Source of the DNA: Gemmatimonadales bacterium
GTDB lineage: Bacteria > Gemmatimonadota > Gemmatimonadetes > Gemmatimonadales > GWC2-71-9
Direction: 5' to 3'
Assembly: GCA_038321865.1 (NCBI GenBank)
Contig: JBBQFH010000004.1
Coordinates: 1 to 64,000, forward strand
DNA length: 64,000 nucleotides
A program made the translations under genes and the position numbers. The notes under the pieces were generated by a model. It was given only the letters and a program-made list of their open reading frames with translations. It did no database searches and was not told the origin of the DNA. Every line of letters begins with the position of its first letter. Within the stretch, counting starts at the first letter, position 1. Positions 40,326-49,579 of this stretch are shown in pieces.

Positions 40326-40985
40326 TCAGTCCTCGGGTCGGGAAGCGGCCGGCGTCACCAGGACACCGTTCAGTACCACGTCGATCACGCCCTCCAGCAC
40401 CTGCTCGTCGGTAAGGGCATTGGGGTCGAGCGGGGCGAAGAAGCACTGGTGCTGGCCCGAGTGCACCAGCAGGGATGCGATGGCCCGGGTGGCGAACTGG
40501 TTCGGCGTGCGACGGAATTCGCCGCTCGCGATGCCGCGATCGAGCGCGGCCTGGAGGAGCCGGCGGGAACGCACGATGACTTCGTCGAAGTAGAAGCGCG
40601 CCAGCTCCGGAAAGTTGCCGAGCTCGGACTGCACCAGCCGCCCGATCCGGGCCGTCTCGGCCGTGCGGACCGTGTTCCACATCCGGCGGATGAGGGCTTC
40701 CAGCAGCTCGCGCGCGGTGCCGTCGAAGGTGCGAACCAGCTCCTCGCCCTGCTGGACCGCCGGCAGGATCTTGGCCCGCACCATTTCGCGGAACAGGGTT
40801 TCCTTCGAGTCGAAATAGAGATAGAGTGTGCCCTTGCTCACGCCCGCGCTCCGGGCCACGTCGTCGAGCTTGGTGCGCGCGAAGCCGTGTTCGCCGAAGG
40901 TCACGTAGGCGGCGTCGAGGATCTCCTCGGGACGAGCTTCGGGGCGACGCTGCCAGCGCGGCGCCGGGGGTCTGGTACGGGGCAC
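40326..40985 (-). CDS. TetR/AcrR family transcriptional regulator
   Basis: ILDAA..F.EHGF..TKLDDVARSAGVSKGTLYLYFDSKETLF HTH; GTG start after GGAG. Confidence 0.93.
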   Translation of the reverse strand: MPRTRPPAPRWQRRPEARPEEILDAAYVTFGEHGFARTKLDDVARSAGVSKGTLYLYFDSKETLFREMVRAKILPAVQQGEELVRTFDGTARELLEALIRRMWNTVRTAETARIGRLVQSELGNFPELARFYFDEVIVRSRRLLQAALDRGIASGEFRRTPNQFATRAIASLLVHSGQHQCFFAPLDPNALTDEQVLEGVIDVVLNGVLVTPAASRPED

Positions 40986-41004
40986 TCGACACACTCCATT
41001 AATA

Positions 41005-41046
41005 ACTGACTGGTCAGTAAGATATGGTGAACGGCGCACCTGTCAA
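41005..41046 (-). promoter_or_regulatory. Sigma70 promoter with an adjacent TetR operator
   Basis: TTGACA-N16-TATCTT (41046 to 41019), followed by the palindrome ACTGAC-N2-GTCAGT (41005-41018). Confidence 0.7.
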
Positions 41047-41168
41047 CCACCAGCCCCGCACGCACGTATGGCTCCCACGGCTCTCGGCCGGGCGGCGGGG
41101 CGACGTCTGCTTGCTCAGGATTCTCCGCGTTCGTACCTTGCGTCATCCTCACGCCGGAGGCCGCACCG

Positions 41169-42293
41169 ATGTCGGAAGCATTTCTCAGTTCCGACGACTT
41201 CGACGAACAAGCCCATCAACTCTATAACGAAGGCCGGTACGACGACGCGCTCGCGATCCTGCGAGAGGGCGTCACCCTTTATCCTCACTCCATCGAGCTC
41301 CACGTCGGGATGGCATACGCGTACCTCGCCCGGGAGGATTACGCCTGGGCCCGCCGCAGCTTTGAGCATGCCCTTGCCCTCGATCCCGATCACGAGGACG
41401 GCCTCGCGGGCGTCGGCGAAACCCGCCTCAAACTCGGCGATCAGGAAGGCGCCAAGCGGGCCTTCGAGCGCATCCTGCAGCTTGGCTTCGGGGATGACCA
41501 CGAACTCATGCTGCAGATCGGCCGGGCATTCTTTCGCGACGGGCTGCTCGCCGCCGCGCACCGGTTCTTCGACCTGGCCGCCCAGGCGCACCCCGATTCC
41601 CCCGATGCCGCGGCGTCCCTCGGCTACGCCTCTCACCGGATGGGCCACGACGCGGCGGCGCTCTACTGGCTCCGCCGCGCGCTCGAAATCGAGCCGGAGT
41701 ACAGCGAGGCGCGTATCTATCTCGCCAATCTGCTGTATGACCGTGGTGAAAACGACGCGGCGCGCCATCACCTCGAGCGCACCCAGCCCGAGGAGCACTT
41801 CGACGAGCTCGGCATCTGGCGGCACATCGAGCTCAAGAAGACCGTCTATCGGCTGCCCGACGAAGACCCTGAGCTCGCCCCCTGGATCCAGCGGCTCAAT
41901 GAGGTCGCCGGCGAACCCGATCCCGTGGACATGCTCCTCGCGGAAGTGGAAGCGCAGCAGGCGGACGGGCAGCTGCACGATCCCAACCAGCTCGAGCTCT
42001 TCGGCGTGTTGCTGACCGAGCTCCACGCGATGCAGCAGCGGCCCCGGCAGCAGGCCGAGGTGCAGCACCAGGTCGCGACGCTGTCGGGATTGACGCTGAA
42101 GGGTTCGTGGGAGGAGATCCTCCAGCAGATGAAGGCGGCCGAACAGGAATGGGCCAATGCCGCGCTGGCGGATTTCATGGCGAGCCTGGCCCGTCGCGGC
42201 GAGGCCGAGACCGGAGTTGTCATTCCGCTGACCGGTGCCGAAGCGTTTATCCGGGGCAGCGCCGAGGCGGGCGTAGTCCGGATCATTCAATAG
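41169..42293 (+). CDS. Tetratricopeptide repeat protein
   Basis: Multiple TPR units (e.g. ALALDPDHEDGLAGVG, ALEIEPEYSEARIYLA); GGAGG RBS. Confidence 0.88.
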   Translation: MSEAFLSSDDFDEQAHQLYNEGRYDDALAILREGVTLYPHSIELHVGMAYAYLAREDYAWARRSFEHALALDPDHEDGLAGVGETRLKLGDQEGAKRAFERILQLGFGDDHELMLQIGRAFFRDGLLAAAHRFFDLAAQAHPDSPDAAASLGYASHRMGHDAAALYWLRRALEIEPEYSEARIYLANLLYDRGENDAARHHLERTQPEEHFDELGIWRHIELKKTVYRLPDEDPELAPWIQRLNEVAGEPDPVDMLLAEVEAQQADGQLHDPNQLELFGVLLTELHAMQQRPRQQAEVQHQVATLSGLTLKGSWEEILQQMKAAEQEWANAALADFMASLARRGEAETGVVIPLTGAEAFIRGSAEAGVVRIIQ

Positions 42294-42318
42294 CCGGCGC
42301 CTTTCGTATCATTCCCCC

Positions 42319-44982
42319 ATGACCATCGCCGCACCTCCGCGCTGGACCGCCGGCGTACGCCGGGAGGTTCTGCCGAACGGCCTGACCGTGCTCGTCCAGC
42401 GCGATCCGTCCGCGCCGGCCGTGGCCGTCGTGACCCATGTCAGGGCCGGCTTCTTCGACGAGCCCGACCGGTGGCAGGGGATCTCCCATGTGCTCGAGCA
42501 CATGTTCTTCAAGGGCACCCCGAGGCGCGGCGTCGGTGCGATCGCTCGTGAAACCAAGGGCGCCGGCGGATATCTGAACGCCAGCACGAGCTACGACCGT
42601 ACGGAGTACTACGTCGTGCTGCCGGCCCGGAACCTGGCGCAGGCGCTCGACATCCAGTCCGATGCCCTGCGGAACTCGACGATCGATGCCGGCGAGCTCG
42701 CCCGCGAGCTTCAGGTGATCATCCAGGAGGCCGGACGAAAGCTCGACTCGTCCGGCGCGGTCGCGTATGAGACGCTGCATGAAGTGATGTTCGACGTCCA
42801 CCGCATCCGCCGCTGGCGCATCGGGTATGCGGATCAGCTCGCTCGGTTCACGCGCGAGGATGTGCTGGGCTACTATCGGTCGCGCTACGTCCCGTCGCGG
42901 ACCATCGTGGCGATCGTGGGTGACGTCGACCCTGACGCGGCGATCGATCTGGCGCGCGGAGTGTACGGCGAATGGCCTGCGGCCGGAGGCGCGCAGGACC
43001 CCTCCCCCGAAGAGCCGGCCAGGACCGGCGTCCGGGCCCGCACGCTCCGCGGCGACGTGGCGCAGGCGGATCTGGTCCTCGGGTGGCGCACTGTGCCGCC
43101 CCTGCATCCCGACTCAGGTGCGCTCGAGCTGGCCGCGACGATTCTTGGCGCCGGGCGGGGCAGCTGGCTCTACCGGCGGCTGCGTGAGCCCGGCATCGTG
43201 ACCGACATCGCGGCCCACAACTACGCGCCGACCGAGCTCGGGACGTTCACCATCACCGCCGAGCTGGAGCCGGAGCGCGTGGCGGACGCGGTCCGGGGAA
43301 TCGCCGAGTCGGTGACGCGGCTCGCGATGTCGGGCCCGGAGCCGGAAGACATGGCGCGGTCCCGGGCGCTGGTCCGCGCCCGGTGGGCGCGCCGGATGGA
43401 GCAGATGGAGGGGCGCGCATCGAGCCTGGCGATGGCGGAGGCGTTGGGCGGCGTGGACGTGCTCGAACGGGAATACGAGGCGGTGGAGACGACGACGGCC
43501 GATGAGGTGCGCGAGGCCGTGGCGCGCTGGCTCGTTCCCGGCGATGCCGCTGGCGTCGCCTATCTGCCCGAGGGCCGCGGCGTCGACCTCACCGACGCTG
43601 GGCTAGCTGAGGCGTTCGCCCTCACCGCGCTGCTGCCGGCACCGGCGGAATCGTTCGCCTTTCCGGTGCCGCCCGAGGCCCGGCATCACGCGGGAGCGCG
43701 GCGGCTGCACCCGCCGTCCGGTGTGCTCCACCTGCCGCTCGACGGCGTGGACCTTCTGGTGAGGAGAAAGGAAGGCGTCCCGCTCGCGACGCTGGCGCTC
43801 TACGCGCCGCGGGCGGAGCAGGATCCCCCGGCGCTGGGGGGGCTGGGCGCCCTTGCCACTCGGGCGGCGCTGCGGGGGGCTGGAGACCTCGACGCCGCCG
43901 CGCTGGCCTTTGCCTTCGAGCGGCTTGGCGGCACACTCTCCCCGTCGTCCGCGCGTGACTGGGCCGGGTTTGCGACCTCGGTGCTGGCCGACGGATTGCC
44001 CAGCGCCGCGGCGCTCTTGCGGCTGGTATTCGCGGAGCCCCGGCTCGACGACGCGGCGATCGAGATCGAGCGCGGCCTCCTGATCAGTGAAGCGCAGCAG
44101 GTGAGTGACGACATGCTCCGCTTCCCGTTCCAGCTGGCCTACGCCGCGGCGTTCGGCGATCGCGACTACGGCGTGCCACTTGGGGGCCAGCCGGGCACGC
44201 TGGCCGCGATTTCCGCCGCGGATGTGCGTGGCTGGCATCGCTCGGCGATGCTCGGGGTGCGGCCGGTGGTCGTGGCGGTGGGAGACTTCGACCCCGAGCT
44301 GGCGGCCGATCAGCTGGCCGCCGAGTTCGCCGCGCTGCCGGCGCGCCCGGCGCCGGGCCGCCTGGGGCCGTACCCGTGGGCTCCCGCGTCCGGGGGCCCG
44401 ATAGCGCGAATGGTCGAGCGCGACAAGGCGCAGAGCGCCATAGCCATGGTGTTTCCCGGGCCCGCTCGCCGCGCCGCCGACCGATCTGCGGCCGATGTGT
44501 GGGCCGCGGTGGCCAGCGGGCTGGGCGGCCGCCTGTTCGATGCGCTGCGCGAACGGCGGTCGCTGGCGTATACGGTCCTTGCTTCATCGTGGCAGCGCGG
44601 GCGGGCCGGCGCGCTCGTGACGTACATCGCGACCAGCCCCGAGCGCGAGGCGGAGGCCCGCGAGTCGATGCTGGCGGAGCTGGCTGTGTTCACGCGGGAG
44701 CCGCCCTCGTCTGACGAGCTGACCCAGGCGGTGGAATATCTTGCGGGGCAGGAGGAGGTACATCGGCAGAGCGGCGGGGCGGTCGCGGGCGAGATCCTCG
44801 AGGCCTGGGTGATCGGTGATGGCCTCGATGAGCTTGCGGATCCGGCGGGGCGGTTCCGCCGCGTCACGGCCGATTCGGTTCGTGGGGTGGCGGCGCGCTA
44901 TTTGGATCCCGAGCGCCGTGCCGAGGGGGTGGTTCGCGGTTGCCCGACGGGACGTCCATCGCCAACATTCACCCAGGGCTGA
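42319..44982 (+). CDS. M16 family zinc protease (two halves fused)
   Basis: LPNGL, SHVLEHMFFKGT (HxxEH), NASTSYD; the second half lacks HxxEH but has RLF..LRERRSLAY. Confidence 0.93.
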   Translation: MTIAAPPRWTAGVRREVLPNGLTVLVQRDPSAPAVAVVTHVRAGFFDEPDRWQGISHVLEHMFFKGTPRRGVGAIARETKGAGGYLNASTSYDRTEYYVVLPARNLAQALDIQSDALRNSTIDAGELARELQVIIQEAGRKLDSSGAVAYETLHEVMFDVHRIRRWRIGYADQLARFTREDVLGYYRSRYVPSRTIVAIVGDVDPDAAIDLARGVYGEWPAAGGAQDPSPEEPARTGVRARTLRGDVAQADLVLGWRTVPPLHPDSGALELAATILGAGRGSWLYRRLREPGIVTDIAAHNYAPTELGTFTITAELEPERVADAVRGIAESVTRLAMSGPEPEDMARSRALVRARWARRMEQMEGRASSLAMAEALGGVDVLEREYEAVETTTADEVREAVARWLVPGDAAGVAYLPEGRGVDLTDAGLAEAFALTALLPAPAESFAFPVPPEARHHAGARRLHPPSGVLHLPLDGVDLLVRRKEGVPLATLALYAPRAEQDPPALGGLGALATRAALRGAGDLDAAALAFAFERLGGTLSPSSARDWAGFATSVLADGLPSAAALLRLVFAEPRLDDAAIEIERGLLISEAQQVSDDMLRFPFQLAYAAAFGDRDYGVPLGGQPGTLAAISAADVRGWHRSAMLGVRPVVVAVGDFDPELAADQLAAEFAALPARPAPGRLGPYPWAPASGGPIARMVERDKAQSAIAMVFPGPARRAADRSAADVWAAVASGLGGRLFDALRERRSLAYTVLASSWQRGRAGALVTYIATSPEREAEARESMLAELAVFTREPPSSDELTQAVEYLAGQEEVHRQSGGAVAGEILEAWVIGDGLDELADPAGRFRRVTADSVRGVAARYLDPERRAEGVVRGCPTGRPSPTFTQG

Positions 44983-45025
44983 GCGTCGGGACCGGCGCCC
45001 GGCATCGGGGCAACCAGGAGGCACG

Positions 45026-45199
45026 ATGAGTAAGCGGGAAGAGGAGCGGCTGGCCAAGCTCGCCCAGAAGAACGCGGCAAGGGTGATCAAGCCGCGCGAC
45101 GAGCGGGCCAAGCAGTACGACGATACGCTCAAACGCAAACCGGACGAAGACCCGGAGCTGAGCGAATTCTTCACCGACATGCGGAAGCGCGAGTTCTGA
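45026..45199 (+). CDS. Small charged hypothetical protein (57 aa)
   Basis: AGGAGG RBS with ATG at good spacing; typical codon usage. Confidence 0.75.
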   Translation: MSKREEERLAKLAQKNAARVIKPRDERAKQYDDTLKRKPDEDPELSEFFTDMRKREF

Positions 45200-45414
45200 C
45201 GGCCGTCCAGCGCCACGTCGTCACGCTCGTTGCACTTGTGGTCGGGGTCGATGCGGTCGCGATCGGGGCGTATTACGCCACCGGGATGGCTCGCGCGGCA
45301 CCGGAGACCCGGATGATCTTCACGGCGGTCTGGATGCTCGCATCGCTGCTGGTCGTGCTGACGGGGCTGACGCGGATCCGGCGGGCGCGCCTCGCGGCGG
45401 CGGGGAAGGGCTGA
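45196..45414 (+). CDS. Small two-TM membrane protein (72 aa), probable CTG start
   Basis: Manual translation: (M)TAVQRHVVTLVALVVGVDAVAIGAYY...MIFTAVWMLASLLVVLTGLTRIRRAR...; CTG overlaps the upstream TGA. Confidence 0.6.
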   Translation: MTAVQRHVVTLVALVVGVDAVAIGAYYATGMARAAPETRMIFTAVWMLASLLVVLTGLTRIRRARLAAAGKG

Positions 45415-45519
45415 CGCCGCCTCGCGGTGCACACTTTGGTGAGGGATGGCACCCGTGTATCGTTCCGCAGCCCTGCGGAACGGGGACCGCCACCGTACGA
45501 ACACTCTGGGGAGGGATTC

Positions 45520-45717
45520 ATGGCAACGAAACTCGACAAGGCGATCAAGCGAGAGCTCGAGATCGAAGGCAAGGCGTACACCATCATCATGTCGCCTGAG
45601 GGGATCAAGGTCACGCCGAAGGGCGGGCGCATCGGACGTGAGATCTCGTGGCGCACCATCATGGGCAACGACGGATCATCCGGTGGCCAGTCGTCGGGCG
45701 GCGGGATGAGCGCCTGA
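45520..45717 (+). CDS. Small hypothetical protein (65 aa)
   Basis: GGGAGG RBS; MATKLDKAIKRELEIEGKAYTIIMSPEGIKVTPKG. Confidence 0.8.
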   Translation: MATKLDKAIKRELEIEGKAYTIIMSPEGIKVTPKGGRIGREISWRTIMGNDGSSGGQSSGGGMSA

Positions 45718-47183
45718 CACGCCACGCCCCACCTGATCTTCGCGCTGCCGCTCGGCAGGCGATGCTCGACAACGGATTCGTACCGGACCTCCCGGCCGAT
45801 GCGATCCGTGAGCTCGCCTCGCTCGACGGCACCGCGCAGACGCGGGATCCCGGACAAGACCTGCGCACCATTCGCTGGACTTCCATAGACAATGACGATT
45901 CGCGGGACCTCGACCAGGTCGAGGCTTCCGCCCGTCAGCCCGACGGCGGCATCCGTGTCCGGGTCGGCATTGCCGACGTGGATGCGCTGGTGCCGCGCGG
46001 TTCGGCGCTGGACCGCCAGGCCGGCGCCAATACAACATCGGTCTACACCGGCGTCGTGACGTTTCCGATGCTGCCCGAGCGGCTCTCCACGGACCTCACT
46101 TCGCTGAATCAGGATGTGGAGCGCGGGGCCATCGTCGTCGAATTCACCGTGGCGCCGGATGGCTCGCTCCACGACCCGGACGTCTACCATGCCGTGCTGG
46201 TGAATCACGCCCAGCTCGCCTACGACGCCGTGGGCCACTGGCTCGAGGGGGAAGGACCCCCGCCGGCGCGCCTCGCCGCCTCGGCGGAGCTGGCGGAGCA
46301 GGTGCGCATGCAGGACGAAGCGGCGGGCCGGCTCCGGCTGGTGCGCTACCGGAACGGCGCGCTGGATCTCGAGACGATCGAGGCCCGACCGGTGATGAAG
46401 GACGGCCAGGTGGTCGATCTCGACCTCACGCACAAGACGCGCGCGCGGGAGCTGATCGAGGATTTCATGATTGCCGCCAACATGACCATCGCCGGGTTCC
46501 TCGAACGGAAGAACGTGCCGTCGATTCGGCGCGTGGTACGGGAGCCAAAACGCTGGGACCGGATCGTCGAGCTTGCGGCCGGCCTGGGGGAGAAGCTGCC
46601 GGCCCTGCCGGACGCGAGGGCACTGGCCGACTTGCTCACCCGGCGGCGCGAGGCGGATCCGCTCCGCTTTCCCGATTTTTCGCTCGCGATCGTCAAGCTG
46701 CTCGGCCCGGGTGAATACGTCGTGGACCGTCCGGGCGAAGCCAGTTCCGGCCACTTCGGGCTCGCCGTCGAGGACTACACCCACTCCACCGCGCCCAATC
46801 GCCGTTACGCCGATCTCGTCACCCAGCGGCTGGTCAAGGCCGCGCTGGCCGGGCAGCCCTCGCCTTACAGCGCCGAGGAGCTCGACGTGATCGCCGCGCG
46901 CTGCACCGCCAAGGAGAACGACGCGCGCAAGGCCGAGCGGCTGGTACGGAAGATGGCGGCGGCGACGATGCTGGCCGATCACATCGGTGAGCGCTACGAC
47001 GCCATCGTCACCGGCGACACGGCCCATGGCGTGTACGTCCGCCTGCTCAAGCCCCCGGTGGAGGGGCGTGTCGTCCGCGGCGAGGGGGCGCTCGACGTCG
47101 GCGACCGCACCGCCGTGCGCCTGCTGTCGACCGACCCGGCCCGCGGCTTCATCGACTTCGAGCGCGTGGCCGGCGCCGCATGA
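45714..47183 (+). CDS. RNB-domain exoribonuclease (RNase II/R family, no N-terminal cold-shock domains)
   Basis: [41 protein letters not shown]-terminal S1-like domain. Start uncertain (CTG 45714 or ATG 45762). Confidence 0.9.
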   Translation: MTRHAPPDLRAAARQAMLDNGFVPDLPADAIRELASLDGTAQTRDPGQDLRTIRWTSIDNDDSRDLDQVEASARQPDGGIRVRVGIADVDALVPRGSALDRQAGANTTSVYTGVVTFPMLPERLSTDLTSLNQDVERGAIVVEFTVAPDGSLHDPDVYHAVLVNHAQLAYDAVGHWLEGEGPPPARLAASAELAEQVRMQDEAAGRLRLVRYRNGALDLETIEARPVMKDGQVVDLDLTHKTRARELIEDFMIAANMTIAGFLERKNVPSIRRVVREPKRWDRIVELAAGLGEKLPALPDARALADLLTRRREADPLRFPDFSLAIVKLLGPGEYVVDRPGEASSGHFGLAVEDYTHSTAPNRRYADLVTQRLVKAALAGQPSPYSAEELDVIAARCTAKENDARKAERLVRKMAAATMLADHIGERYDAIVTGDTAHGVYVRLLKPPVEGRVVRGEGALDVGDRTAVRLLSTDPARGFIDFERVAGAA

Positions 47184-47656
47184 GACGCGGGCTCGCGATC
47201 GCGATCCTGCTGGCGGGATGCGGCGTGCATACCGCGCGGCCGGTCGGCACGGCCAGCACCGAGCCGGTGGATCGTGCCATCGACGCACCGCCGTTCGGCC
47301 GGGTCGAGCTGGGCGCCTTTTTCAGCGACAGCGCGCATGCGAACCGGCTCGCCGACACGCTGTATCAGCTGGTGCCGGATTCCTCGAGCGGGATCGGGAC
47401 GCTCACGCTTCATCTGGCCTCCGACCGGCGGATTTCCGTCATCGACGTGGCGTACAGCACGATTCGCCGCTACGCGGACGAGGTCGCCCGGACACGCGGG
47501 CGCCTGGGCAATCCGAGCCGCACCCGCACCGACGACGACGGCAGCCAGTACACCACCTGGCAGGACGCCCGCACCCGCTTCGAGCTGGTCGGCCGGGTGT
47601 TCAACAACAACTCGAGGGTCAGCGGCCGGCTTACCGACCTGCTCCTGGGGCAGTGA
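47180..47656 (+). CDS. Putative lipoprotein
   Basis: [14 protein letters not shown] lipobox; ATGA overlap. Confidence 0.75.
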   Translation: MRRGLAIAILLAGCGVHTARPVGTASTEPVDRAIDAPPFGRVELGAFFSDSAHANRLADTLYQLVPDSSSGIGTLTLHLASDRRISVIDVAYSTIRRYADEVARTRGRLGNPSRTRTDDDGSQYTTWQDARTRFELVGRVFNNNSRVSGRLTDLLLGQ

Positions 47657-48132
47657 GCGCCTCGGCGGCATCACCCGGCGCGCGGATGGCGCGGCTCTGG
47701 TCACGGCTCTCCCCGTTGCCCGGCGGCAGGTGGGCATTCAGCCGGATGCTCGGCCGCATCGTGCCCTACACCGGGTCCATCGGCGCCACGGTGCTCGAGC
47801 TCAGGCCCGGCTACGCACGGGTCGAGCTGCCGGATCACCGCGCGGTGCGCAATCACCTCAATTCGATCCACGCCATCGCGCTGGTCAACCTCGGCGAGGT
47901 GACGAGCGGCCTCGCGATGCTGGTCGGCCTGCCCGAGAGCGTGCGTGGCATCGTCACCGGCATCTCGACCGAGTTCCTCAAGAAGGCGCGGGGCACGCTG
48001 ACGGCGGAATGCACCGCGTCGATCCCGACCGTCACCGCGCCGATGGAGCTGCCGGTCGAGGCGGTCATCCGGGACGCCGCGGGTGACGTGGTGGCGCGGG
48101 TGATCGCCCGCTGGCGTCTCGGCCCCGTGTGA
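47653..48132 (+). CDS. Hotdog-fold thioesterase-like protein (DUF4442/PaaI)
   Basis: [30 protein letters not shown] overlap. Confidence 0.85.
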   Translation: MSASAASPGARMARLWSRLSPLPGGRWAFSRMLGRIVPYTGSIGATVLELRPGYARVELPDHRAVRNHLNSIHAIALVNLGEVTSGLAMLVGLPESVRGIVTGISTEFLKKARGTLTAECTASIPTVTAPMELPVEAVIRDAAGDVVARVIARWRLGPV

Positions 48133-49148
48133 ACGGCGGCTCGCTACTCGAGACACCGTTCAGCCGCGCCGTCGGCATCGAGGTGCCGCTGGTGTGCGGC
48201 GCGATGTATCCCTGCAGCAATCCCGAGCTGGTCGCCGCGGTGTCGGAGGCGGGCGGCATCGGAATCGTCCAGCCCATCTCGATGACCTACGTCTACGGGC
48301 ACGACTTTCGGGAGGGGCTCCGGCTCATTCGCCGTCTTACGTCCAAGCCGATCGGGATGAACGCGCTGATCGAGCAGTCCTCGCGCAGCTACCACGAACG
48401 GATGACGCGCTGGGTGGATGTCGCGCTGGAGGAGGGCGTGCGATTCTTCGTGACTTCGCTCGGAAACCCGCGATGGGTCGTGGAGCGGGTTCGGGGGCTC
48501 GGCGGCGTCGTGTATCACGACGTGACCGAGCGGAAGTGGGCCCAGAAGGGGCTGGACGGGGGAGTAGATGGCCTTGTTGCGGTGAACCGCCGTGCCGGCG
48601 GCCACGCGGGGGAGCGCGATGCGGAGGCACTGCTCGCCGAGCTCGGAGATCTGGGGGTTCCGGTGCTCTGTGCCGGCGGGATCGGGACCCCCGCGGAGTT
48701 CGCCGCCGCGCTGCGGATGGGCTATGCGGGCGCGCAGCTCGGCACCCGCTTCATCGCCACGACCGAGTGCAAGGCGAGCGACGCCTACAAGGCCGCCATT
48801 CTCCGCGCCCGGGAAGCGGACATCGTCCTGACCGAGCGCATCACCGGTGTGCCCGTCGCGGTGATCCGGACGCCATACATCGAGCGCATCGGGCTCAAGG
48901 CCGGGCCGCTCGCCCGGTGGATGCTTCGCGGTCGGAAAACCAAGCGCTGGATGCGCACGATCTACGCCCTCAAGTCCCTCTGGCAGCTCAAGCGGGCGTC
49001 GCTCGACGATACCGGCGAAAAGGACTACTGGCAGGCGGGGAAGAGTGTCGCCGGCATCGACACGATCGAGCCGGCAGGGCAGGTCGTTCGGGACTTCGCG
49101 GCGGCGGCGGCCCAACACAAACATTCCCCTTCCATGCCGCCGCCGTGA
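48129..49148 (+). CDS. Nitronate monooxygenase family flavoprotein
   Basis: [44 protein letters not shown]. Confidence 0.9.
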   Translation: MNGGSLLETPFSRAVGIEVPLVCGAMYPCSNPELVAAVSEAGGIGIVQPISMTYVYGHDFREGLRLIRRLTSKPIGMNALIEQSSRSYHERMTRWVDVALEEGVRFFVTSLGNPRWVVERVRGLGGVVYHDVTERKWAQKGLDGGVDGLVAVNRRAGGHAGERDAEALLAELGDLGVPVLCAGGIGTPAEFAAALRMGYAGAQLGTRFIATTECKASDAYKAAILRAREADIVLTERITGVPVAVIRTPYIERIGLKAGPLARWMLRGRKTKRWMRTIYALKSLWQLKRASLDDTGEKDYWQAGKSVAGIDTIEPAGQVVRDFAAAAAQHKHSPSMPPP

Positions 49149-49195
49149 GCGGCCACACCAATTTCCGGATTGTACGTCATTCAGCGAGGATCCCC

Positions 49196-49537
49196 ATGAC
49201 CGTACGACTCTCCGCCGCGCTTGCGCTCGTTGCCATTTTCGGTTGTGGCAGCGGACCATTCGAAGCGTACGCCGCACCCGATCATGCCATCTCCATCAAG
49301 GTGGGGCGGGAGCTGGACCTCACGATTCGGAGCGTCGGGCCGGGCGAATACGCAAGCCCGCCGACCATTTCCTCCGCCGCAATCCGGTTCATCGACGTAA
49401 CGTCCGTCACTCCGCCCGTGCCTGCGGGGGACACGCAGCTGTTCCGGTTCGAGGCGATGCAGCCAGGAGATGCGGTGATCACGTTCGTTCAGAGTTCCGG
49501 TGGCCTGACGGTGCAGGACACCGTTCACGTGGAGTGA
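49196..49537 (+). CDS. Putative lipoprotein with an Ig-like (chagasin/I42-like) beta-sandwich
   Basis: Lipobox AIFGC; ISIKVG..LDL, PAGDTQLFRFEAMQPGDAVITF pattern. Confidence 0.65.
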   Translation: MTVRLSAALALVAIFGCGSGPFEAYAAPDHAISIKVGRELDLTIRSVGPGEYASPPTISSAAIRFIDVTSVTPPVPAGDTQLFRFEAMQPGDAVITFVQSSGGLTVQDTVHVE

Positions 49538-49579
49538 TGCACGCCGGTTCCGGCGCCAGCCCCGTAGTTCGCTACCGCA

